64,000 nucleotides of DNA from Octopus sinensis (GCF_006345805.1 NC_043000.1:79794001-79858000); one strand, 5' to 3'. Shown: positions 12,920 to 26,921, counted from the first letter of the stretch. The notes: generated by a model from the letters alone, not told the origin. A program made the numbers and translations.

Positions 12920-13990
12920 TTCTTGCAGTTATTGATAGATTCTGAGGTGACTGATGAGTCCAATTCTTGCTTAGAAGTTCCTTCCACAAGTATGACAGGT
13001 GGTTCCAGATGGAAGGTCCTTCTTGGTTATTCTTGTCTATCTTTTCTGTGCCTCCTCTTTTGTTCTAGTTCAGCAGTCCAACTAGTCTTAAAAGTTGTTT
13101 GCCCCACTTTGGTGATGGATCTCCAGCATTTTCAATCTTGAGCATTTCTCTACCAGTTCCTAGTGTCAATATTACATTTCTTGGAAAGGCAGTGAGTTGG
13201 CAGAATCATTAACATACTAGGTAAAATGTATAGCAGAATTTTGTCTGTCTTTACGTTCTGAGTTCAAATTTCACTGAGGTCGACTTTGCCTTTCATCCTT
13301 TTGGAGTTGTTAAAATAAGTACCAGTTAAACACTGGGGTTGATGTAATTGACTCCCCCTTCCCTGAAATTGCTAGCCTTGTGCCAAAATTTGAAACCAAT
13401 ATTACAATTCTTGAATTTGGTTTTCAGGACATTTGTAACTCTTTTCTTTTGCCCTCCTCTTCTTTGTTTTCTTTCTGTTAATTGGGAGTAGAGAAGCTGT
13501 TTCAGTAAATGGTTGATTATCATCTGGACAACACAACCAGTCCATCTCAGCTGTTTCTAGATGATGGAAGCTGCAATGGAGGTCATGTTAGCTTCTTTCA
13601 ATCCTCTGATATTTGTCCTTTCTTCCTTGCTAGTGTTGAGAATACTTTGAAGGCAGCAATGGTGGTACCTTTCAAGTGCTTTTATGTTTCTTCTGTACAA
13701 AGTTCAGGTCTTGGAGGCATATAGGAGCATGGGGGTGGTCACTGCCTTGTATACCATCATTTTTGTATCAGTATGAATGTCTTGATCTGCACCTGTGATA
13801 GTATGGGTCTTCAGCCCATCTTGATGGTCACGGAATATTATAATGACATAGTCAATCAAGTGCCAGCATTTTGAGTGTGGATGTTGCCACGAAGCTTTGT
13901 ATTCTGGCAAAATAAAGAATTGGTAATCACCAAATCATGCTCAGTACACTCGGAGAGATGAGGGGTCCCATTGGCATTGGTCTTCCAAGA
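12920..13990 (-). mobile_element. Decayed, internally deleted RTE/BovB-clade LINE, interrupted by a SINE
   Basis: SWQHPHSKCWHLIDYVI (endonuclease end), TKMMVYKAVTTPMLLYAS, KQLLYSQL...RGGQKKR, and the C-terminal CGRNF*ARIGLISHLRI zinc finger at about 12935-12990. Confidence 0.8.
13185..13402 (+). mobile_element. SINE family A inserted into the RTE
   Basis: Well-preserved gcctttcatccttttggagttgttaaaataagtaccagttaaacactggggttgatgtaattgact. Confidence 0.8.
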
Positions 13991-14654
13991 AATTTAGCAT
14001 TATAGAAGTTATCATGTTGACCATGAACTATTATAATGCTAAATATCTTAAAATGACAAAATTATTTTGATTTCTTAAAATGATTAACATTTTCTCCACC
14101 ACTTAAAGCCACAAATTTTCTGATGTAGTTTTCACCATAAGAGTCATCTCATAGAACTCTTTCATTTGAATACAACTGTTGTGTAGTTTTCTTCAATATT
14201 AGCTGAGATATTTCTATTTAAAGTCAATATTTTATGTTACCATTTTTTTGTCACTTAAAGTTACACAACTTTTTTCTAGCTAATATTTTTAATATGCTTT
14301 TCACCACAAGATTCTTCTTAATGAGCACATTCTTTTCAACACAACTAATCCATGCTTTTCTCTTAAAACAACTGAAATTCAAAGTCAAATTTCTGCCTTA
14401 CTCTCATGTTTTTGAACTAACTTTTTTTCTAATGACGAAATTTCAATTATTTTATCTCAAAACGTAGCTTAGAACTGGACCAATGTTGCAAAATAAACCA
14501 CATTCAATTTCATTGTGAACTGACTTAGTGAGGAAGCTTAGAAGAGCTCATGAATGACTAAAATTTTACCTTAATATATTCACTGAAGGTCGTGGGTAAA
14601 ATGATATATGGAGGTTATGTGATCAACTCAAGTAATTATTTCCCTTCATTCTTT

Positions 14655-14845
14655 GGTGGCACGTAAAAAGCACCCACTACACTCACGGAGTGTTTGGCGT
14701 TAGGAAGGGCATCCAGCTGTAGAAACACTGCCAGATCAGACTGGAGCCTGGTGCAGCCTTCTGGCTTCCCAGATCCTCGGTCGAACCATCCGACCCATGC
14801 TAGCATGGAAAACGGATGTTAAACGATGATGATGATGATGATGAT
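14655..14845 (+). mobile_element. 3' end of RTE-type LINE or SINE with (GAT)n tail (family D)
   Basis: ggcgttaggaagggcatccagctgtagaaacactgccagatc...aaacgatgatgat. Matches the tail of the RTE at 43280-43460. Confidence 0.8.
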
Positions 14846-15311
14846 TCTTTGTTACTGACCACATTTAACTTCTGTTGAATAAATTCATGTAGGTGTGCAT
14901 ATGTATGCATGTATTTGTATATATTTGCATATGTGTATATCATATGTGTGTATGTCAGTGACCGTTTTTGTGAGCATATATGTGTATATTTGAGTATATT
15001 CACATTTATGTATGTATTCATGCATGTTTGCATGTGTGTGTATGTGTGTGTGTGTATATGTATAGGTGCAGGTATAGCTATGTGATAAGAAGCTTGCTTC
15101 TCAATCACATAGTTCTGGGTTCAGTCCCATTGCATGGCACCGTGGGCAAGTGTCTTCTACTATAGTTTCAGGCCAACCAAAGCCTTGTGGGTGGATTTGA
15201 CAGACAAAAACTGAAAGAATCCTGTTGTGCATGTATATATATATCTATATCTCTATATATATTTATATATATCTACATATATATATGTGTATATATATAT
15301 ATATATATATA

Positions 15312-17292
15312 ACAGGTAAATAAAGAAATGGAGTTAATGTGAAAGGGAAAGCTGGCAAGTTATTTTTTAATAAAAATCATTAATAGATTTAACATCAAAG
15401 ACAATTTAGAGAAAGATAAAGAGGAGAAAGACAGAAATTAGCAGAAAACCAAGAGTGGAGAAATGTTGTGTGATAGATGAATGAGAATAAAGCTTAAAGG
15501 CATGGAAATAGATATATTTAGTGGAAATCAAATGTAAGAAGACAGTTAAAGGTTGAATTTTATAGATTGGTAGAAATTACTTATAGGAACTAAAGGTATG
15601 TTTTTGACAATGTTTGCAACAATAAACAACAAGTGCCCTAAGTTTATCCAGTTTGACATTTCTAGTTACTATTCCTCTGTTAACCCAATTGTACTCAACA
15701 AGGTACTCTGGTTCGCACACAACAAAGCAAGTTTCACCAGGGATGAAATTAATGTCATGTTAGCTGCCAGAAAATGTTAGCTGCCATTAAATTTGAAAAC
15801 AAGCTGTGGGACTGTAAAGATATGCCTGACAGTTTTGATGTCACGATGGGAAGTTCTGACTCAGCACAAATCGCTGATCTGGTCAGTATATATATCATTT
15901 ATGAGATGGCTGACCAATTCCCAAACATCAATGGAGGTCTATATTGTGACGATTGTCTACTCTACCTTCAAAATGTTTCTCACCAAAAATTACAAAGGGT
16001 TAAAAATAGGTCGGTTAAATTTTTCTGAAACATGGGCTTAAGCATTGCTTTCAAAGATGATATAACTAAAGCCAACTTTTTGGATATTACTTTTATATAT
16101 ATAATGATTCATATTTCCCATACTATAAACCCTCAACTAATTTAAAATATATTAGTTCTTTCAGTAATCATTCAAAGGCTATTACAAGGAATTTAGTTAC
16201 AAATATTTCACTTAGACTTTCTAGATTATCTGCCAATGTTGATATCTTCAATGAAAAAGCCAAATTTTACAACTCTGCTTTACTTAAAGCAGGCTATAAA
16301 GAAAAAAATTATCTATATTAACCCTATTAACATTAATTCTACCTCTAGTAATCAGGACAATCACGGCATAATGATAATAAGAATATAAATTTTCATTCAA
16401 ATAACAACACTACATTGAAAAATTTGATTTAAGACCCTTTTTCCATTATAAAAATACATCTAGGACTTTTAAAGATAATTACCCTAATAACAAGGTATGT
16501 CCTAGTAAAACTGTTTGGTTGATAATTCCATATGGTAAGCAGATGAAATCCAATCTCCCTAACCAGTTTCGTGAAACTATAGATAGGAATTTCCCTAGAA
16601 ATTCAAGATAATATTCTATTATCAATTCACACTGAATTAGAATAGGGTTTTCAAACATCAAAAACCTCTCACAAATCATACTTCGCATAACAATAAGTTG
16701 TTAAATACAAATCCACTTAATGAAAATAATAACATTGGCATTATTAACACCAACCATTCTTTGAACAATAATAACAACAATATTAGTATTTCTGATATAA
16801 ATTTCAATCACTTTTGTTTCCTTAGCAGTAATTCTAAGACTAGAAACTCTGTTTATTAATGTAAAATTACTTGTGGTTCTGATGCCTTTGTTTACATAGG
16901 TAGTTCTTCATCTCAGTTGTCCAAAAGAATATCTAACCATTACTCTACATTTAGACATATCAATAAATGCAACAGCACTGGGTTTACTAAATTAATTTGG
17001 TCTCATAAGGAACATAATAAACAATTTGATTTGGAATGGAATATCCTATTTAGGTCCTTTCCATATGATAAAAGTAAATCCTCTTGTCCGCGCTGTAACG
17101 AAGAACTCTATCTAATCCTGTTCTCAGAGAATTCTCTTGTAAACACATTTAATGAATGCATTTATTGTTGCAAATATTGGCAAAAACATACCTTTAGTTC
17201 CTATAAGTAATTTCTACCAATCTATAAAATTCAACCGTTAACTGTCTTTTACATTTCATTCCCACTAAATATATCTATTTCTATGCCTTTAT
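15312..17292 (+). mobile_element. Penelope-like element (Naiad-type), 5'-truncated with inverted 3'-end copy
   Basis: RT motifs FIQFDISSYYSS, FDVTMGSSDSAQIADLV, LYCDD and NFLDIT. GIY-YIG endonuclease (FVYIG...RISNHYSTFRH...CPRCNEE...CCKYW). 15340-15627 is the reverse complement of the element 3' end. Confidence 0.9.
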
Positions 17293-18115
17293 GTATGTGT
17301 ATATGTATGTATATGGACTAATATCTTCTTAAGAAAATGCAAAATTATAATAATTTCAATGTCATGATTAGTGAAAGCGAAACTGGTCAATAAACACAAA
17401 ACTCTTTCACTTATAAAATATATTAATAAATATATTAAAACTATGTAAACTGTGTGCATTTTCCTTTTTTTAATTTTATATATATATATTTTGCATTACA
17501 ACTCACCACGTAGGGATAATTGAAATTCTCCTCCTCCCTTTTCTTACTATATATTCTTTTACTTTATTATTTGTTTTGGTCATTTGACTGTGGCCATTAT
17601 ATATATATGCTAAAACAGGTCAAATTCTTTGTAAACTCCTAAATATATCTCCTTCTGTGTATATATATACTACCAAACATGATTTTTATTGAACTCCTAC
17701 TTTTTTGAACTCCTAATATTTTTCTTGAACTCCTAATACTTTTTGTTTAATATTTTCTCAAGAAATTTCCTTGTAAACTGTTTTTAACATTTTCTTATTA
17801 TTATCAAAGAATGTATATCTGTATTTTAATACTTTTGTGATAACCAGTACTTAACACAACAAAACTTATACAAAGCTTTACATTTTACTTTTGACAATCT
17901 TTTTCTAAAAAAAGTGAATAAACATCTTTAAAATTGCATTTTCAAATCTTCTTTCATATATATATTTATTGTTGATTTGATTCAGGTCCAGTCTTATACC
18001 TGGCAGGATTTATGTGGTAGTGGGTTACTACCAGTAACCTTATGTATCCACTAGCTTTCAATAGTCTTTCAAGTGCTTAGAACCCTTTTTAATACCATCC
18101 TCATCCTCATCATCA

Positions 18116-18185
<70 letters not shown>

Positions 18186-18224
18186 TATTATCATTATTAT
18201 TATTGTTGTTGTTGTTGTTTTACT

Positions 18225-19165
18225 TCTCAAAGCACTCGATATTGTTCACTCTAGTAGATTCTGAGAGAATGGACAGCAGCCTGCTGGCAGAGGTCTCACA
18301 GAGTCTCTTTTGACACATTATAAGCTTTGGTACTTGGTTGTTAATTATTGTGGGAGATATTCAACATCCAAGTACCAATCTCAAAATCCAATCAGTCCCC
18401 ACCAGCACAGTTTTTTGAGCTTGCTTGGCTCTCATGTCAATTCCAATTACTCTGACATATTTCTCAAACTTGGTTTTTAGTACTCTGAGTGCCCCTACAA
18501 CTACTGGAATGACAGATACTCTCCTCATAGTCCACATTCTTGCAATTTTATCTTTTAGTAGTCTGTACTTTTCAGTATTTTCTAGTTCTTTGTCATTTAT
18601 ATGTGCCCCACCAGGTATTGTAATATCTATAATCTTGGTTTCCTTTTTTTCCTCTATCTATCACAACAATAACTGGTCTCTGAGCATTCATTTGGGAGTC
18701 AGATTGGACTGTAAAATCCTACAGCACTTCATATTTCTTGTTCTTGGTGACTCCTTCTGGTTTATGTTCATACCATTTCTGTGCTCTGTTCAGGCCGTAC
18801 TTTTCATATAGCCTCCAGTGGATGAACTTAGCCACATTATTGTACCTCTTTTTGTAGTGCTTTAGGGCCAGCTTACTACACTCACTTTCAATATGTGAGA
18901 TTATTTCATTTTTACTGCCACACACCTTACAAAGGGACAATTTGCTACGCTTATCTATTTGCAACTTGGTGTAATTAGTTCTCAGAGCTTGGTCCTGGAT
19001 GCTGCATATTAATGCCTCAGTGCATCCTTTCAGACCACTTTTCCTTAGCCATCTCCAAGTGTTGATCTTGTCTTTTCCTTCAATTTCTCTGAGGTATTGC
19101 CCATGCAGTGGTTTCATTTTCCAATTGTTTATTCTTTCATCTTCATCTTGTTTCTTAAATTTTTG
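18225..19165 (-). mobile_element. R4/Dong-clade non-LTR retrotransposon 3' fragment (RLE type)
   Basis: KPLHGQY...TEALICSIQDQALRT...CKVCGSKNEIISHIESEC (CCHC)...WYEHKPE. The 3' end abuts the (AAC)n(AAT)n tract at about 18105-18220. Confidence 0.85.
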
Positions 19166-19614
19166 TATGGCATGGTGCAGAGTCTTGTTGTCAGACAGGA
19201 TCTTTCAGCAAACATCGTCTTGACCCAGGGCAGCACTACTTCCTTCAGGCACTTGCTGCAGGCCTCTGTGTTGAGTCTGAGGCCGTGTGGGAAGATGAAT
19301 GGAGGCATAACGTTGCCATCACTAGTGATCACTCCAAACACCTTTGTAATTACCATTAGACTCATCCAACTTGCCTCAGATTGACACCCAAACACTCTGA
19401 AATGTTCATATTGGAACTTTTGGTATGAATGCCAAGCAGTACAGCGTGTCATTTCCAAATTTCTGGCAGAGTGAATTGCGTCCATGGTAATGTTTTCTCC
19501 AGGCAGTACTCAACTGACCCTACTATACTGTGTGGTTGACAAAATGAAAAGCAAACAATACACATGCACGAAATAAAAAATGTAAAATGGCGACAATTTA
19601 TCCATCACACCCTG
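19165..19614 (-). mobile_element. Internally deleted Tc1/mariner-superfamily (maT-like) transposon
   Basis: VFGVITSDGNVMPPFIFPHGLRLN...LKEVVLPWVK, with terminus TA-CAGGGTGTGATGGATAAATTGTCGCC at 19614. Confidence 0.75.
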
Positions 19615-19727
19615 TATATATGTGTGTGTGTGTGTATTTGTCTGATTGATTGATTGATTGATTGATTGATTCTAGTTTCAGCTTATGAGCTGTGGCCATG
19701 CTGGGGCACCGCCATTTATGTATGTAT

Positions 19728-19930
19728 ATATTTATTATTCTTATACAAGTATGTTGTTGACAGCGACTTTGAAGTTTCAGCTAGCTGGCTTCACTGGTCA
19801 AAACTTTGAAGTCACTATCAACAACATTCTTGTATAAGACTAATAAATATGTACTATACAAAAGTATAGAATAACCCATCAGATTAATGTAAATTTTTTT
19901 ATGACAACAACATCAAAACAAACATTACTA
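19728..19930. repeat. Palindromic TA-flanked insert, same family as 48460-48635
   Basis: Inverted arms at about 19728-19787 and 19800-19850. Shares ttattattcttatacaag...gttgacag with 48517-48550. Confidence 0.75.
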
Positions 19931-20208
19931 AATATATATATAGTAATGTTTTTTACATATATATATATACATCAACACACCACTACCACAAGTGCTAATA
20001 ACCTTTGCAGTCCATCCCATGCTGGTTAGATAGATGATGCAGTTGATGTTAGGATGCAAAGTATGGATTCCAGAGGGAATTCTGGATGACTCTGGGAATT
20101 GTGATGGATGAATGAAGTGAGAGTGCTTTGCTGGAATTATATACATACATAAATACATACATACATATGTTTATACACACACACAAACACAAACACAAGC
20201 ACACACAT

Positions 20209-20242
<34 letters not shown>

Positions 20243-20945
20243 TATATATACACACACAATGTAAGCTGACAATAACTGTTATAAAATGATATAATCATAT
20301 AATTGTTTCAGTTATTGGACAGTGGCCATGCTGAGTTTCTGGTTTGAATATTATCATTGATCATAATGACCCCAATACTTATTTTTATGTCTAGAACATA
20401 TTTTTTTTCTTTGTTTTTGATCAATTATAATCAAACTGCTAAATGGTCAGTGTAAAGACTCTCTTTGAGACAGAAACAGGGAAAGTCCAAACTTAAACAC
20501 ACACACATACACTCTTACATGTATACATCTGTACAAACATACATCAATAACTGTACACACACATGCATACAAATGTGTGTACACACGAACATTTGTACAC
20601 ATTTACAAACACATGCTGATGCACAAAGACATACATATGTACTCACATGTGTGTTTCTTTTAGGGTCAATAAAATAAATACTAGTTGAGCACTGGGTGCA
20701 AAGGAATCAACTTACCCACTTCCCTGAAATTGCTGGCTTTGTGCCAAAATTTGAGATCAATATTTATATACATGCAACGTATGTACCATGTTGTGTCCAA
20801 ATGCACATAACTAAAGAATTAAATGTTAGACCAGAAATTCTACTTCTCAGCTTTATATATATCTGTATCTATCTATCTGTTTCTCTCTCTTTTCTCTCTC
20901 TCTCTCGCTCTCTCTCTCTTTCTTTCTTTGTATGTATATATATAT

Positions 20946-21120
20946 GTGGGGGTACTGAAAAGTTCATGGCTTCGAGCAAAAGAAAATACAGGAGGATCAG
21001 TTGATTATAATTTCATTCAACATATTCCCCTCTCAGATTCACACATTTATTGCAGCCACCCTTCAATTTTCCTGAGCCCTGTAAGAGAATTCAGAAGATT
21101 GGCCCTCCAACCAGGCCTTT
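20946..21120 (+). mobile_element. Mariner-like TIR fragment
   Basis: gggggtactgaaaagttc...attcaacatattcccctctcagattcacacatttattgcagc resembles mariner element ends. Confidence 0.4.
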
Positions 21121-22342
21121 TACAAGAGTGGGTGTGTATGTATATATATATATATATGAAATTCAGATAATATCATACCTGATGATGTAACATAATAGGT
21201 ACATAAGATTAATGCTCTAGCTGACTTGCTGACTAAACTCCAACTTGAATTGCAGCTAAAAAAATCAGTGAAGTTATAGTTGCCTAATGAAGATTGGCTA
21301 TAGGCAGTGTTTCAATTGAACTGGAATGTGGATAATTGAATAAAGGTACAAATAGGCAAACAACTGGTATCAGGTCAGATTATGACATATATATATCTTT
21401 ATATATATATGTCATAAGTTGACATGGACAAAACATGAGAGTAGAAGTGAATGTTACAAGATTTTAGATCACAAGAAGTTGACAAAGGATCAGTTGGGAA
21501 ATGTTCATAATAGTTGTATTTGCTAGTTTTCTATGGTAAACTGAATTATTGACATTATATAGTAGGTACAGCTGGTCATTGTAGGTAGAATTCAAAGCTG
21601 GATATAAAGAAGGAAGAAGGTGTGTTCATAGTCCCTTATAGCTGCCCCAAGAATGGATGCACTGATGGTGCACATCCCAGCAAACAGTCAGCAGCCCACA
21701 TTTAAGTAGCTGTCCATTCTATCATTGGAGGAGGAGTGAGATAGGACTTTAATGTGAAGTAATGAAATACCAGTTAGGTGAGATGTACAGAGATGAGTTT
21801 AAAGGGGGAGAAGCAGAGAATATAAAGCTATAATAAGAGGAAGATAGAAACTAACAAACATGATGAGGAATAGATGCATAAATTTAAACAGTAGAGGAAG
21901 ATATGCAGAAAGATAATTCAGTTTATCATATAACTGCAGAGAATATCAGCATGGGAGAATACCAGCATATATCATAACCATTATGAGTATTCCTCAACTG
22001 ATCTTTTATTGAATGCTTGTGATCTAATCTCCAGAAACATTCAAATTTACCATATTTTGTCAACAAATAAATATATATTATAACTAGCTTAAGGTGACCC
22101 TTAATTTTGTCCTAGAGGTCATGCCTTTCATTTGAGGAAAAGAATAGTTGCCATGCAAACTCACCAGCACTTTTAATATAGGTGTGCATATTTTCAGCTC
22201 AACCGACCACATAATGCACACATTATATATATATATATAAAGTTAATCCAAACATGAAGACACAAAGGGAAAACACAACAACGCGAGGACGTGGAACAAG
22301 TATAGCATTATTGGTTGCTCAGGAAAGAAGGAAAGAAGGAGG

Positions 22343-22377
22343 GTTTAACGTTTCGAGCAGCACTCTTCGTCAGAAAC
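22343..22377 (-). ncRNA. Minimal type-I hammerhead ribozyme motif
   Basis: Minus strand GUUU-CUGACGA-A-GAG(UGCUG)CUC-GAAA-CG-UU-AAAC. Stem I is GUUU/AAAC, and helix III is reduced to the palindrome AACGUU. Confidence 0.65.
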
Positions 22378-22571
22378 ATAGGAAAAGACTCCTTTTCACA
22401 TTTTGGTTAATATAACCCGATTTCATTCGGGTCTGCTCGGGCCACATTTTATAAGATGAGGAATTTTGTCCTAGAGGTCATTTGAGGAAAAAAATAGTTG
22501 CCATGCAAACTCTCCAGCACTTTTAACATAGGTGTGCATATTCTAAGCTCAACCGACCACATAAGGCACAC

Positions 22572-22622
<51 letters not shown>

Positions 22623-22726
22623 TGTATATATATATATATATACACATTAAATATATATATGTACATATATACGCAGTATATATATGTGTGTGAGTGTGTA
22701 TGTATGCATTATATATACAAATATAT

Positions 22727-22757
<31 letters not shown>

Positions 22758-22997
22758 ATAAATATATATATATAAATTAGATATATACACTTTGTATATA
22801 TACATTATATATACATATTTATATATAGGACATATACACACACACATACACATAAATTAACCCAATAATTATCGCCACCACCACCAAACAAACACGAGAA
22901 CAAATATTTGTTCTTATGATTGTGTGGTGGTGGTTGTGGCGATAATAATTCTCTCTAGGAATGCAGACAGACGTAGAGAGAGAGAGAAAGAGAGAGG

Positions 22998-23032
<35 letters not shown>

Positions 23033-23424
23033 GATGTGAGAGAAAGAGTGACAGCACTGACGAAGGTGGCGGGGGAAAGATAGTTGATCTGTCACACATC
23101 GTTATAGAGAGTATGAAAAGGGAAGGGAGGAAAGAGAGAGAGAGAGATGGAGGAAGACAGGCAGGTAAGAGAATGAGAGTAACGAAAAAAGACTTATCAA
23201 AGTGTGGGCTTTTTGCCCTAGTAATAGCCCACTCATATCCTCACCTCATTTTACATGTCCCTGTAAATTTCGGAGCGAATCTGACGGGATCTAGTGTCCT
23301 TTAACCCGTTCCAATGCCAAAACCAGACAAACAGACGTTTTGCATTTCAAATTTATAGATATTGATTTGACCTGATACCAGTTGGTTGGTGTTTGTACCT
23401 TTAACCTTTTATATATATATTTAT

Positions 23425-23457
<33 letters not shown>

Positions 23458-23517
23458 AATATATGTGTTTGCATGTGTGTGTATATATGCATGTGTGTGT
23501 ATATAAGTGTGTACATG

Positions 23518-23568
<51 letters not shown>

Positions 23569-23820
23569 TGATAGATAGATAAATAGATAGATAGATACAC
23601 ACACACACACATGCAAACACATGTTGTCCTAGGCATCAGAATTTACATCTACCAAATGTTGAGCATGTATGCATTAGTGAAATTTGTCAAAAACAAGCAG
23701 GCATCTGGCAGGCTCTAAGAGCCACTGTTGATTGCATGATTGTTTAAATAGTCAGTGAGGACAGCCATCATATATATCAACTTATGCACGTGTGTGTTTG
23801 TATGCATGCACGTGTGTGTG

Positions 23821-23871
<51 letters not shown>

Positions 23872-24449
23872 TGTGTGTTTGTGTGTGTGTGTGTGTGTGT
23901 GGATGTGTTTAGATTTGGTAGAACAACAAGGGGAAACAGAATTCAGTGCAGAAATACATATATTCTGCTTTTACTTTTATGTATATATATATAAATGTGT
24001 GTCTGTGTTTGTCTCCCTAACATCACTTGACAACTGATGCTGGTGTGGTTATGTCCCTGTAACTTAGTGGTTCAGCAAAAAAGACTGATAGAATAAGTAC
24101 TAGGCTTACAAAGAATAAGTCCTGGGGTCGATTTGCTCAACTAAAGGCGGTGCTCTAGCATGGCCACAGTCACATGACTGAAATTAGTAAATGAGTAAAC
24201 AACAGAAAGTTACAAAAGTGTCTCGAGAGCCAGAGATTCATGCATGATATGCACAAAAATCTTGAATCACTTTCTTAATACTTTGCTGATAGAAATTGTG
24301 TGTAAGTATGCATGCATGCATGCATACATACATACATACATACATACATACATACATACATACATACATACATGCATACATACATACGTACGTACGTACG
24401 TACATACATACATACATACATACATACATACATACATACATACATACAA

Positions 24450-25420
24450 GATGCTTGAACTTGCAAGCTGCTCAGTGTTACAGAAACTTCAATATCAGTG
24501 GAGATGTAGACAGACTATACTTCCCACTCAAGGAAGTGCCACTGAAATATTTGGTTTGCCCCACTCCTCCCTCAACATAAAAATGTGTGTAGGTAAGATA
24601 TTTCTTAGACTAATAGATAAGTACTTTACACAAAACAAATAAGTACGGATGCTTATTCAACAGACACAACCTAAGAATCTCTTTTAGCTGTGTCCCTAAT
24701 ATTAAGAGTATTTTAGTTAACACCCCTAGACCATGAGTAGAGGTGGTATGCTCATGCAGGGACCGCAGCAGATGCCCAGTGGGAGGCCAATGCAAAACCA
24801 GTGTGGTGGTTTATGAGGTTGAGGTAGTATTTGGCTATAATAACAGTAGCAGCTTTCCCAATGGCAGTATTAATGGCAACGACAGCAACTCTAACAGAAA
24901 TAGCAGCAGCACCAACAATGCCAACACTAACACCACTACCGATGATGTCTCTTATGCCAGCATTAATGATGTCAACACCATCATCAACACCAACACCAAC
25001 ACCATCAACAAAACCAGCACCAGCAACAGTGGAAGAAGCAGCTTCAACATCAACAGAAGCAGCATTGCCAGCAACAGTTAATGAAGATACATCGGATGTT
25101 CAAGACATACCTTCAAGCAGCACCTCTCCAACCATTGATCCCCATTCAGGATCTTGGAGAAACAATATACCACATCTTTGGCCAGCCATGTGTGGTGCCT
25201 GAAGGACAAAAGGACCCCACACAATCTCATGGAAGATCCTATAAAAACTGGGACCCTACATTGACAGAAACAAGCTTTGTAAGCTGTGCATAGCTGAATG
25301 GACAGGAATACTAAAGAACTCCTCTGACTTGGGGAACATCTTAAATTCCAGGACAGAAGTGTCTGGACCCTGTTTACACTTCAGGAGATTCCTACTGAAG
25401 TCCTGGGGCCCACTAGCCAA
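24450..25420 (+). mobile_element. Decayed Naiad-type PLE 3' region (second family)
   Basis: VGKIFLRLIDKYF, CSCRDRSRCPVGGQCKTSVVVYEVEV, and near 25278-25380 CKLCIAE...ILNSRTEVSGPCLH. Confidence 0.75.
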
Positions 25421-26651
25421 CCAGGTCTATTACAGATAGTGGTTTAAGGGCAATAATCCCTTGTGCTTAACTCTTCTCCTTTGTCCATGTGCTCAGCAAC
25501 TGGCCACAATGTTTTTTAATCTTCTTCCACTTTGGAGGGTGGTTATAGGCCACCAGCCATTAGGATCTGAAGAGATGCCATAAAGCTATATAATGCAATG
25601 TGTTTACTTGAAGGTGACAGAGTATGGGTTGAAGGCAGTTTGGTTGCTATTTTTATCCTGTTCAGTGACCTTCCACCTACTCAAGAAATTTTTACATGTT
25701 TTTTGGAATGATAGAAATGTTTGACCACTGGCCTAAATAGCTTAAAGAATTTAGTTTCAACCTTCTTCATTTTGTGTTCAAATCTCACAGGAGCTAACTT
25801 TGCTGCTCATGCCTCACATTTGATAAAATAAATACCAGACATTTAACCAAATGTTCAGCAGTCTCTGCTGATGACTTGGTAGCATTTACCATGCTGTCAT
25901 CAATTGTTTCCTGGCTGGAGAGGGTTGCTACTGGAAGGCTTTATGAGTGACAGTAGAATTCAGCTTCTTGCCTTACTTCTGGAAAATGTCAGAGGTGGTT
26001 GTCAGAGAATTTCTATGACATCACCAGCCTCAATTTCTGATTTCTTAATTTCCTTGATTGTAATCTCATGGCTTATTATGAGTGGGGCATGGTTGAGAAA
26101 GATGCCACTGCTCTGCCTACAATATTTCTCTACATACTGTCTTCAAATTGCCCTATTGCTGGTTGATGCTGATTTTCAATTACCCAGGTTTGACAAAATA
26201 TATACCAGGCATGTATTGGAGTTTAACTCAATATTATGTCAATTTGTGATGCTGCTCCATTGTAAATATTTAATTCCTTTACCTTTCATCTCTCTAGGTT
26301 TGATAAAGTATCAATTATTTATTAGGGACCAGTTTCTTTGCAGATTTTGAGAAGTCTATGTCAATGTAAAAATTTAATCCTTTTGTCTATAATCTCTTTT
26401 GTTTTGATAATATAATTTCAATTTATTTATTAGGGGGTCCATTCCTCCTGCAGGTTTTGGAACGTTATACCAATGTAAATAAATAAATGAATAAATAAAT
26501 AAATAAAATTAATATTCAATTCTGATTTTTAATGGTAATTACTGCTTTTTATTTAAAAGCAATTATTTCTGTTTCTAAATTTATGTTAATTTCTATTCTT
26601 GTTTGCTTTTCTTTTATCTATTATTCTTTCTTTTTTTCCTATTTAATTCAG

Positions 26652-26810
26652 GAAAAAGATGAAAGAATTATGAGTTTGGAAACAGAGAATGCTATGTTGC
26701 ACCTTAGGACTGCACAACTAATGCGGAGTCAGCAGGCAGCAGCTGAAGTTGCCATGGTAACCCGTATACATTATCAACAACAACTTGTTAGAGCCAAGCA
26801 AGCGATACAT
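26652..26810 (+). CDS. Internal coding exon, coiled-coil peptide resembling the kinesin-like KIF25 N-terminus
   Basis: Polypyrimidine tract plus ttcag acceptor (26650-51), gtaggt donor (26811), 159 nt phase 0-0. Translates EKDERIMSLETENAMLHLRTAQLMRSQQAAAEVAMVTRIHYQQQLVRAKQAIH. The KIF25 likeness is recalled, not searched. Confidence 0.65.
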
Positions 26811-26859
26811 GTAGGTCTTTGAATATTCAACACTTCATCACACAGCTTGCACACGAGAT

Positions 26860-26921
<62 letters not shown>

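Noticed and set aside
12945-12990. ctgatgagtcc resembling a hammerhead core
   Set aside because: There is no matching GGAC-GAAA. It is the antisense of the RTE C-terminal ARIGLISHLR coding sequence.
16026-16028. Shared in-frame TGA in both PLE copies as selenocysteine (some Naiads encode Sec)
   Set aside because: It is not at a conserved Cys position. The copies also share a TAA stop and other lesions, and no SECIS was recognised. CGA-to-TGA decay is simpler.
21200-22200. Very old minus-strand PLE RT remnant (QMKGMTSRTK resembling QxxGxAMGT)
   Set aside because: It is too decayed to support by eye and needs a profile HMM search.
25560-25600. ctgaagag in the 3' UTR of the decayed PLE as an HHR
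   Set aside because: No stem II or GAAA can be paired downstream.
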